DNA from: Phoronis australis | Lineage: Eukaryota; Animalia; Phoronida | Reading direction: 5' to 3' | NCBI GenBank assembly: GCA_002633005.1 | Contig: NMRA01000085.1 | Coordinates: forward strand, 547,508-611,507 | DNA length: 64,000 nucleotides | Shown: positions 1 to 10,277 of the stretch, in pieces | How positions within the stretch are numbered: the stretch's first letter is position 1 | Layout: each line of letters starts with the position of its first letter | The notes under the pieces: generated by a model | Told to the model about the DNA's origin: nothing | Databases searched by the model: none | What the model saw: only the letters and a program-made list of their open reading frames with translations | Translations under genes and position numbers: made by a program

Positions 1-285
1 ATTTGGACTACAATCTTCCGGGAGGGGCGTGGATGGGACGACAGATTCGCGGAATACACGAGGACTCTCGAGGTGTGTTTCCCGAGCCGGCTCCACATCA
101 CTTCCGTCCTGACCCTCCGGGCCAAATGATGTCCATCATGAAACTGGATTACGTGCCGCTGGTGGGGAGACCCACAAAATCAGCTCCAGCGGCACCAAGA
201 GGAGGACGTCCGGGCACGGGAGGCGTGTTTGCATCTCTCAGGAATAGTCCACCCGGCTCTCAGGTGAGAATTAATTCGGACAGCT
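1..285 (-). other. Probable exon of a gene extending off the left edge
   Basis: A GC-rich block ends abruptly at a minus-strand acceptor (tgttttgtacag). A frame MWSRLGKHTSRVLVYSANLSS... is open to the window edge. Product unknown. Confidence 0.3.
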
Positions 286-460
286 CTGTACAAAACATAA
301 TAGGGCCCACTGGTTAAAAATAGTATATTTACTTTCTTAAATTTTCCGGACTCTTTTTTCACCTCAGATTTTCTTCCTATAGTCTGACTCACGTTTTCAT
401 TGGAATCAAATTTTTGTGACCACCAATGACTTACAGAGCAAGTCTCTTACAGGCCACATT

Positions 461-536
461 GGTCTCACATTTCATTTGAAAACCAGTTTGACGCCGGTTA
501 TTCAATGGAGAAAACTGGTTCTCAACATGTGGGACC
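461..536. repeat. Palindromic mini-repeat (aaccagttt...aaactggtt family)
   Basis: Arms ggtctcacat..aaccagttt / aaactggtt..atgtgggacc. Similar to 19284-19360, 43680-43795 and 44506-44621. Confidence 0.7.
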
Positions 537-542
537 CTGCCG

Positions 543-1058
543 TTAAAGGCAGAAATAGCGTTGTTGACATGTAGATAACATGGCTATAACCTTGGGCCAT
601 CCCATTTCTCAAAATGGATAGTGTGGCGTGTTTTAATTTTGCAAGGGTCACAAAATATCGGGTGCTAAAATAATACATTATTTTACGTCTTCTTCTATGG
701 TTATAGATCTACTGTCGTCGTAATGGAGTTCACTGATGTTGTTCGTAGCTTAAATAACCACTTCATTATTATATGATTTTATTTTGAAGTTGACCGTTCT
801 TGACCCGCCTACGTATTCCCGAATACAACTTCATCCATCAAAGAGTTTTACCCCTGACTGCGTATGCTCAGTACGTCGTCACAATGGTTGGGTATCCCTT
901 GAAAAATATATGGACTACGCTTGCCCACTAAATGATAGAACCAAAAAGTAAATACGGGCACAAGGTTTCTCATTTTTGTAGAAATTAATTATTATTCGAA
1001 GCTAAGATTTTAGCTTAATATGGCGGAAATGGAATTTTAATTTGTCAACTACCTTTAA
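543..1058. mobile_element. Possible TTAA-targeting (Kolobok-like) non-autonomous element
   Basis: Bounded by TTAA-AGGCAG and CTACCT-TTAA. The terminal match is only about 6 bp. Confidence 0.3.
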
Positions 1059-4000
1059 CAAAAAGTAACATGCTTCATAAATCATTTTGGTATGTTTTTT
1101 ACGTCAAACCACCAGAAAAAAAAAACATTTTCGTTAAAGCGCTTATGACTTAAAGTCGTATTAAATCTGTGCTTTCTGTGAAAAAAACGTATTCCAAACT
1201 TAAAATTCAGGTCACCCACTAACCTAAATCAACGATAGAAACGCGTGTTGAAGGCCGCTTCAGGTAGAGCATTACTGAGTGGAAGCGTACCCTATAGCTG
1301 AAGAAAGTAAAGGGACCTGATGACTGTAGTTTATTGATGGGTAAAATAGTTGAGAAAGTTTTTTGCCGTACTTTTAAGAAAATGTATCGTATCGGTGCCA
1401 CGTGACAAATGAAATCCACGTTTTATGATGTGCTGCTGCGTCCACTCCAGGTAAAGCACATGTATTCTCTATTTTTCATGGCAAACACAAACCTACACGT
1501 ACAATGTGCTACCGCGACATACATTTTCGTGGCAAGTTCAAGAAGTATTTGCAACTTAGATGCGTGAATACATAACTGCATTTTCCATTTACAGAAATTC
1601 ATTAAACTCTACAAGTACATGCATTTCATTGATTGCCCGGGAATGATTTTAGTACTGGTGAAGAGAAATTTGACTTATATGAAAGATAGCGTTTAATAAT
1701 TAAACTTAGTGTGTATACAAATATTAATTTCAACACCTCGCTACTATGGTTTTGATAATTCCAGTGATTTAGATATTTAAATGTAATTTAACTAATTAAT
1801 CTATAACATAAACAGTCGTTATTTTCAACGAGCATACTGTACATTCTGTTTACTAATGGAGAGGACATTCTTATGGGCATATAATCGAAGAGGCCTGCCG
1901 ATGTTGCCGTTTTCAACCAGTATTAATTTTGAAAAATGTACTGTAACGACTGGATTCTGAAGGACAGGGGAATATTATATTTTATGTCAAAAACGTCCTG
2001 GAGGTCCAGGCGGTAAGCTTCAAACTCAAAGGGATTCATTAAGTCGAAGCGTCAGTAACGCTTGTCGATAGTAAACAATTGCCAAACAATCTTGAGAAGC
2101 CTACGAGTATTACTTGGTCGCAGATTTAAGTAAGTCAGTAGTTGTTGGCGGCCTAGGAATATATGAAAGCAGAAAGTCTATAGATTTTGATTTTTGACTT
2201 AGCCGCAAATCTGTCCTACATTGACTTTATATCAGCTTTAAAGGGACTCTAGATAGTCCCTGTTTAGTTCTGTTAACAGATCTTAACAACGATTGTCCTA
2301 TCCAATCCCCTGATGTTCTGAAATGCTGATCAGGTCTCAAAATCCTGGAACAAATTTGTAATTAACTCCTTACAATAAACGTGACCAACGCTTTAAGCGA
2401 GTTACACAACTGTATAGGGATGTAGGTATGGACAACTCACGGTAAACCACAGAACATATCTTATGCCAAAGGAAGTAAGTGTCATACTGTCTTCATTACT
2501 TACCAATGGTGCATAAACAGGTAACAACACGAGCATTTGGCTGAAATTACCAAAGCATGGGGTTTAGTATCCTTTTAACTAAATTCGTAATCGCCGTTTT
2601 GGTTACTATTGTCAACACTGCCATGCTTCATCGTCATCCTAATGCCACTGATACGGTCGGCGTCGTCATTTTCACCACCATTGCCAGCAGTGAGCGGCTG
2701 TATAAACAAGCTAATAACTGGTATTTGTGTTTACGTCAACAACATCATGACTTGTGCGATCGTTAGCCACAGTCGTCGCTAGTGCCGTAAATCAGTAGAC
2801 TGTAGATTTTTTAGTCGGGATGCAAATCTTCACCACGTCATTCTTGCATGCGCTATCCTTTTCGCGGATCTTTTTTTTCAAACCAAAGATTTGTTCACAA
2901 ACCAATTAATCCTGTTGAGAGTTCAAAACGATCCCCAGCGAACAATGCAGATATTCAACAAAATTATTCGGGATTATTTTGCTTGGAAAGAATCAATTAG
3001 ATCTGAGGGACTTGAGAATCATGAAAATGTTGTTTTTGTATGATTTTCTTTTACTACCATGTAAATTGAACCATTTTTTTATGATCTTTCATCAAAGGCT
3101 GTCACTTATTCATTTATTGCCGCGTGACATCAGTTGTAAAACTTCACCTATTTATAGTGCCTTCCCAAAACATGTACACACTGCACAATTGTCCTCCTAT
3201 CAGATTCTTGCTTACAGGTGACTGCGTCATAATCTCAATTTAAAAACAGCAAACACGACTATTTAACCTCGGGTCAGTATAAATAATTCTTTATCCGCAT
3301 ATATCTAAATACGCTTTGTTCAACCTTGCATTTATCTTTTTATTCCCTTTGTGATTTGTATGCTTACTGCCAATTTACGTGAAAAGAATTCTTTAACGCT
3401 TATGGCAATAGTCTTTCATTGGGTAAAGTGTAGCGTCCTAGCGAAGCGAGCGATGAAATCGCTTATGCAAACATACAATACAAGCGATAGTGATCTCCGT
3501 TCTGGCCTTAGAAACGAATCGGTTCACGGCGCTGAGCCCTGTCGACGGTGTGTTGAAATTGCCTCTTTGCCGGGAAGGAAGAATCGATAGTCGCAGTCGG
3601 AAAGCAAATTTTATAAGCTATTCAAAGCGTTTTTCGCAGTGCTAAAAGTTACTTCAGTTCCCGTGGCAAGTGAGCTAATAATTCGGAATAATTCGGACTG
3701 TGTACTGAGAATTAAACACCGAAGGTAGGTGGACAAGCTGTGATGTACTGAGGTTGAAAAGGTCTTTTCGCTATGGGGCTGAGTTAATTAGTCACGATCA
3801 AACAGTGCCCTTATGTAGCAGTACGGATGCCTTAGTCGAGCACATTTGGCAACAGTTTTGTCGTGGAGACACCGAGCTTGACAAAATATGTGTATTAGAT
3901 AGAACCCGTCTACGTGAAAATCTGTCACTTACTCTTGTACATCATACTGCTCAATATCACATTAAGATTCAATTGACTTGGTTCTGGCCTTTGACAAATA

Positions 4001-7000
4001 CGGTACTCTCAATACGTCAGCTGGACTGCCATAGTTTGTGAAAGGCACAAGCACTTAGATTCCCTGCGAGACCACACTGAACTTCAGACCAACTTGAATG
4101 AAACCCGTCATCCCAAGCAGCTGATATTCTTTCATAATTCTGTACAGTTACGTTTGTTTCTGACATGTTTCGTGTTGAGGTTGTTGTCGGTGTGTTTTGA
4201 ATTGGGCAATGTCACTTGTCTTTACTTTCGGTCGACATGTCAAGAACGGTGTCTGTAAAACGGTACAGCACTCGATTTCTTAAGTCAACGTCACTGTCAA
4301 TCAATCGTACATTTTAACCATTGAAATGTAATTAAGCGTCTACATAGTGATGATGAATTTGTTTATTCAATTCGAAACGCTGTGCTCTGTTGGTGACTAG
4401 AAGGATTTTACTTAAAAATTGATCTGCTAGCAAATGGCAGTCCACTCATCGACTTCATAGCTTTATCTCTGGCAATGTTTATTGTTGCTAGCACTTGAGT
4501 TCAACGGCGATATCAGTGCCGATGTTTGATCAAGGATAACGATCAACATCGCGATCATACTCCGTAAAAGCCTTTAACAGATATTCTGAGCCACTTGAGC
4601 GCCTGTAAGTGACATCGGATCATTTTTGAAGTTAGACAGTTAAGATACAAGACTTAACTCGGTCACGAATCGGCTTCTATGAGAACTACGTACTTGCAGA
4701 CACTATGACATAGTTTAATAATTACGTGGATCCCACTCACGTGACCCATATATATCGACGTCTCATAATTTTGGTGACTGTATATTTCGCAGATTCTTCA
4801 TCCAGAAATTTATTTATAAGTATGCTAACAGTTGCTGAAATTTGAATCCACAGATTTGTATTGCATCTAGTCTCGGGGCTACTTTAGAACGTGTCTTTAT
4901 AAAAAATTTACAATACAAAGACACTCCTGGGATCTAACCCGTTTACGTTGTTACTATTGAAAAATATAATATCCTGAAGTGAGTTATATTGAATTTCACT
5001 TGTGTGGTAATTGATTATTATTTTGAACTCTTTCTTGTCCTAACGCAGGGTTTGTTACTGGTTCGACTAGTTGCTCGCCCTATGTTATGACGGTTGCAAT
5101 GCCTATTTTTTTTAAGACAACCCGAAGTAAAAAAGTTAACTTAGAAGGTGTCAAAAAGTTATAAATTAGAGATACGAGCAAACGCATGATCAAATGATTG
5201 TTAGTCACGATGTATAAAACCATTTAGCTTAAACACCCCGGGGTTCACATACATGTAATTCATTTTCGAATCCTCATTGCTGCAAGCCCGTTACTAATGA
5301 TTTCAAGACGCCTTTTTATTTTTGTCCTTTACTTTTGAAACACTCTGTTTGCATGCCGTGTGGGATTCTATCAAGTCACACTTAATCATCTACGAACTGG
5401 CGCAGATTCATTGCGTCCGTAGTCCCTGGTAACTTATGTATAAGCTGGCCTAAGTCATATGGTGTCATACCGTGCGACAGACAGCCAATGGTGCTCTATT
5501 AAAAACGAGATAAGAAGGGCGTGTGAACAAATTTCGGAAGAAATAAGTTGTACTCAAACAAAATCGATGCATGTAACACCTCGTTAAAACGCTCAGTTCT
5601 GCAGCATGTCAATGCAGCCATAAAGCCAGACATGCATGTGGTTATTGTGAAGGTAGAAAGTTAAATTTGTAATTGTGCCCGCAAGCGGTATGAAGTTTCG
5701 CGTCCTTAACTACTGGCGTAGAATGCAGAGAATCATTTAGCACGTATACTTCGCAATATTTTGGCGAAAACTTCAGTTTCCATTCGGCTTATTTTCAGAT
5801 TTACCAAAATTCTGCTACTTTGATGTAGTTATAGACCGTTTTACGTACCTAGTTTTCTTACGGAATGTTAAGCTCCGATTTTGAGAGTGACTTTCACGAT
5901 TAGTGTATTCGGAGAGAACGAAAGAGGGTACTGAATGCCAATTTTATATTTCACGTCCTGCGGTTTACCGAAGTTGATTATCGTATGCGCAATCTCATAT
6001 ACCTTTTGGTCTACTCGGAATGAAGACACTGCATCTTCAAAATATTTCATAACTACGCGAAATGAGGCTACCACCTAAAATATATATTCAAGAAGTGATT
6101 GTAACGCCCCATTAACACGCGGCCTCCAAGATTTAATGCGTCAACATGTCATAATTTCTGATACCAATATGCCAACAACGGCGCATATTACATTTTTCGT
6201 TGTATTGCTTGGTTTCCAGACTGTTAAGTTAACGCTGCATTTCTTCCTGTAAAATCAGACTCGTGCATTCCTTGCCGTGATTCCTTTCACGTAATATTCC
6301 TTGCCATAGTAGGATTCTGTTTCCGTTACCAACAAGAACATCGAAACCATCAGCGACTCAAGAAAACAACTCAGTTTATTGGGTTTGGTCATCCATAAAA
6401 TTGCGATTCGAAAGTGACGCATGTTGAAGATAGACTTTAAAGTCCGCCAACGGTAAATGTGAAATTACTAGCGGTAGGATCAACTTTGAAGTGTTACATA
6501 GAATTTGGCAACTCACATATTTGGGTTCAAATAAGATTTTAGTGCCCTGTGAAGTTGGTAACACTCAATTACAAGAAAGGTTTGAAAGGTTTTTCAATTA
6601 TGAAAAATCTGGTGACCATTTACTGTCGTTCGATTTACTTGGTGAACCTCAGTAATTGCATGTAGTTCACTCATGCGTCACGCTTAAATTTTTAGAATTT
6701 TGCTTTCCAACCTCCGCACCATCTAGGAAACAACAATTTAATAATTAAATTCATACATGTAAATTATTCGCACAGAGCTACGTCCTCGTCACTACACGAT
6801 ATTTAGCGCATCACCACCGGGTTCCTCAAGTCTAATATTGACACCTACGGTAGCCAAGCCCACAGCAATTTGCATTGTGTTCACAGGTTACTGATTCAAC
6901 AGCATCCTGAGAACTTAGGCTGATGATGTGTAGTTACACCATTATAATGACTCACTAAAATACATTACTACAACTGAGCTAGCAATATATTCTACAGCAC

Positions 7001-7525
7001 TGACATTCGGAAACACAATGCAAGACGTAATTGACATTCACTTAACCAAAGGCTTGTCCAAGTTGCACAGAGCAGCAGTTACAAACAAAATTTGATCCAT
7101 GGCAGACAACAAATTCAAAGGTATTACAGTTGACAATATCTTAAACTGCTTCATTCGCTCAATAGCTCTTTCCACCTGAATGTGAGCTCTTGCTATTCTT
7201 CTCGTTTGTGTTGCTCAGCTGACAACTAATAAAAGGTGGAATATTTAGCCCTGCACCACCAAGTGCCAACAAATCTCTTATCAGGAACCCTCGATCAGCC
7301 ATATCATCCCCATATCCAACCTAGTCTAGAAACCTCAACGACTCAACAGTTTTGTTGTCCGAGGCTGATCCAGTCCATCAGAAGGAAATAAAACAAAGGC
7401 CCCAGTTGGACCAATGACTACAAGAGCCATAATGGTGTTATGATGTTCATACGAACACCAAGTGATTCTTTGAGATGATGGGATGTTTGGCCGATGAATA
7501 AAAAAATTCTGTGCAATCTACAATT

Positions 7526-7983
7526 TTAAATCCACTTGACATGTTTCAGTCATTTATTCAAACACCATCACCAGAAGAGATAATAAAGTGGCCAGCTGTT
7601 CGCCATTTGAAAACCAGGGCCAGGGAACATCTAAATTCTGACAGAGGTTTACATGTAAATGTTCACCTACAGAGCTCCAATCATTGTTATCAGCATTGCT
7701 CTTTCAATGACTTCCCAATAATAGATCAAGCAGAAACAATAAAGGAGCTTAAAATTCATGAGGCTCTACACATCAGTTGGTGCAAGCCCAATCTCAATAG
7801 GCAGCTGGCACACCACAGGTTGGTCTAGTTTATTGTCACTCCCCGTAACTGACTGTGTCTGTGTTTCATTACTTATTGCTGTGCCTAGCTTAGTGGCCTC
7901 TATATTCTCTCTTCTGATGATGGTGTTTGAATAAATAATACCGAAACATGTCAAGTCGATTTAAAACCGCAGTTGTTTTTATT
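7526..7983 (+). mobile_element. Truncated Penelope-like retroelement (GIY-YIG endonuclease C-terminus plus pLTR with an inverted partial copy)
   Basis: The peptide RHLKTRAREHL...HL...IID...LKIHEALHI...PNLNRQL fits the C-terminus of PLE GIY-YIG nucleases. 7524-7580 is an inverted copy of 7907-7966. The flanking direct repeat is aatctacaatt (7515-7525) / aatctataatt (7984-7994). The transposase text resumes across the insert. Confidence 0.85.
7911..7955 (+). ncRNA. Minimal type I hammerhead ribozyme motif
   Basis: ctt-CTGATGA-t-ggtgtt..aatacc-GAAA-cat-GTC-aag. The conserved core is present, with a 6-bp stem II, a palindromic ACATGT stem III and a 3-bp stem I, in the pLTR position known for Penelope-like elements. 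Confidence 0.75.
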
Positions 7984-8713
7984 AATCTATAATTGCTCGT
8001 GTTTTCTTAAAAGGCTTAAAACATTCTGGTAAAGTATTGAGTGTTTGTTGCTTGTCTCGTCATGTGACAAGAAATTGCAATTCATGATACATCAGATTTA
8101 TCTATGTGGTAAACACTAAACTGATCAAAGTCTGTGAAACACCAAGGAAATCCTCAAGTGCTTCTACATCCAATGCACGCAGTACCCTAACCAGAGTCAC
8201 TACCAATTCCTCAAACAGAGACAGTGTTCGCTGAGGTCCTCGTTTCTTGACATCGCTCGAGACTTTAGCAAGCTCCTGTCTAGCTGCACCTTCCCAGTAT
8301 GACATCCTAGATGCACGGTTCGTGACATTATTGAAGATGAACATCAGACCTGACAAAAGTAGGACCTGCAAATAATAAAGTGTCAGTTCATAAGCTGCTG
8401 GACTGATTTGACAAGCTCTGTGATTGTCGACATTGTAAAATCAAATAGATGTCTTTACCAGCATCTTTGCATTATTAAGTCCAGTGTTACAGTAACCATG
8501 TGAGTTGACAACCACGATTGGCTAAATCCCTGAACTACGAGTTTTAAAGGAATACAGTCTAAGCACTGATGTGTTGTTGCTTTCGGTTTAACCACCACAC
8601 CTAGCTTTCTGATGTTTTCGGTTTAAAGGCCCTGGGCATTAACCCAAATGGGTACGATAAGTAAAATGTACTTACAAGTATAGAATTTGCATGATTAACC
8701 ATCCTTCTGAATG

Positions 8714-9767
8714 TCATCCATAAAGTTTGCGTTTGAGACACAAGCGGTCTATCAGCTGGGTATACTCTCGAAGGTCATCAAAACAGATGTTTGTCTGACA
8801 TCCGACCGAAGCAAAACCTGCAAAAACATTAAACAGAGATTTGTTAAGATAAACTGAGTTTAAACTATGACTGACAGATTCTAAAATTGGGCTTTACATT
8901 ACTTAAAATTGAAATTGAAGTTCTTACAGCAGTACTACATGATTTGTGATTTAATGCACCCCATTTGTCCCTTCAAGATTTTTAGTGGGTAAACATAGAG
9001 CGAGGAGGTAATGACCAGTGCAAACATACATCCTAGTGGGATGTGAGGTCCGCCATAGGATAAAGAGACACCCCAGTGGGGTGTGAGGTTCACCTGGGGA
9101 CTCACTTAGGAAAGAAAACCACGACTTTGCCATGCAGTGGCCCGCAAATCCCCCCAATTTCAAACAACAAAAATCTCAAAAAATTAAGCCCAAACCTACA
9201 GTTGATGTTAGCTAATACAAGATACTCACCTTTTGAGGACTTTTTATGGACAACAGGTGGTTCCACCTCCACTTCCATGGAAGTATTAGCAGGAAAATAC
9301 TCATGTCCTATATCTAATAATTTCAAATGATCTCCTGCAACATAGGTTTTAACACGTATAGCAGCGTAATTGTGATCTTCTATGTGGATTCCGTTGGACA
9401 CATACACCACCGTTGGCTTTCGCTTTACAGGGGGGTCATCAGCTGAGCGCTGGGTCGGCGGCTTCCTCGCTCGCTTCCTTGTTAATCTGTCAACTTCAAG
9501 TTGTGTAACGGCAGCAGGGAGAGGATGTGGGTGTTCATCTGTAGGTCCTTTACCACCAACAAAATGTTTGGAGCATATTACGGTGTTTTTCGTGACCTTT
9601 TCGATCCCAAAGTTCTTTCTCCCGCAGCGAGAAATCCACACTTTGCACTTGTCAAGGTTCGTTTTCGGCTTCGGGAAATTTATGAAAAATACTCCCTGCA
9701 TGTGTTCTAGATGCGCATAACGCGAATCTGATTTACAAATCCCATAACAGCAATGCTTGTTTGGCAT
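8714..9767 (-). CDS. Intact spliced THAP zinc-finger ORF (213 aa) derived from the transposase
   Basis: Exon 9767-9230 contains CCYGIC...FPKP...W...CGR...ICSKHF (C2CH THAP signature), basic patches and DHNY. It joins in phase 1 to 8817 and stops at TGA 8716-8714. Confidence 0.6.
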
Positions 9768-10277
9768 TTTTCACACTAAGAGATGAAAAACTCGAAGGAA
9801 ACTGAACAGAATACACTCTGCGAACGAACCGCCAAGATGGCCAAACGACAAGCTTTTGCCCTACTTCCGTTGAAGTCTCGCAGAATCGCGCGTTATTGTT
9901 ATTATCGCAGAAGGCTTGTTAGTTGCCTACGATTTGAGTTGCCAGGTCGGCAGATCAAGAAAGGATAAGAGAAGCAGTGTTTTTATACTCCACAGCTATG
10001 CACAGAGAAAAGTGTAAACTTTATTTTGTAAAGTCAGTACTATTTAATTATTTCAGTCCTATTCAAAACAAAAATCAAACGTATTTGGGGTTTAAAAACA
10101 AAGCGTTTAAGTGTGAGCGGGAATAAAGTCATGAAATTCTTGCCCACACTTTAATGCATGTTTATAGGAATTATTTGTTGCAATAATATGAGTGTCATTT
10201 CAATAGACACCCTTTATAACTGTTGTGGCTAACTTCCAACTTTTGTTAATTTACCTGTAAATTTTGTGTAATTTCAG

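Larger units (their letters stand above)
7038..9767 (-). pseudogene. Decayed PIF/Harbinger (ISL2EU-type) transposase: THAP + HTH + DDE_Tnp_4
   Basis: Exons 9767-9230, 8817-8676 and about 8367-7038. Motifs: THAP, CKFYT, an HTH region (LSLFEELVVTLVRV...LGVSQTLISLVFTT), TRAIID/CTE, HHNT, WTGSASD, MADRGF, LNIPPF, RRIARAHIQVERAIERMKQFKIL, ALCNLDKPLVK*. Several stops, frameshifts and one insertion lie after exon 1. TIRs were not identified. Confidence 0.88.

Noticed and set aside
1317-1370. Other CTGATGA words (about 1317, 6920, 51029) as hammerhead cores
   Set aside because: None has a stem II followed directly by GAAA and an NUH site.
5400-7037. Second ISL2EU gene (YqaJ-like exonuclease) and element TIRs
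   Set aside because: No recognisable YqaJ motifs or matching inverted termini were found by eye.
9102-9229. C-terminal part of the 221-aa THAP ORF in the track
   Set aside because: Read-through into an intron. A strong GTGAGT donor follows 9230 and the transposase-like sequence resumes at 8817.
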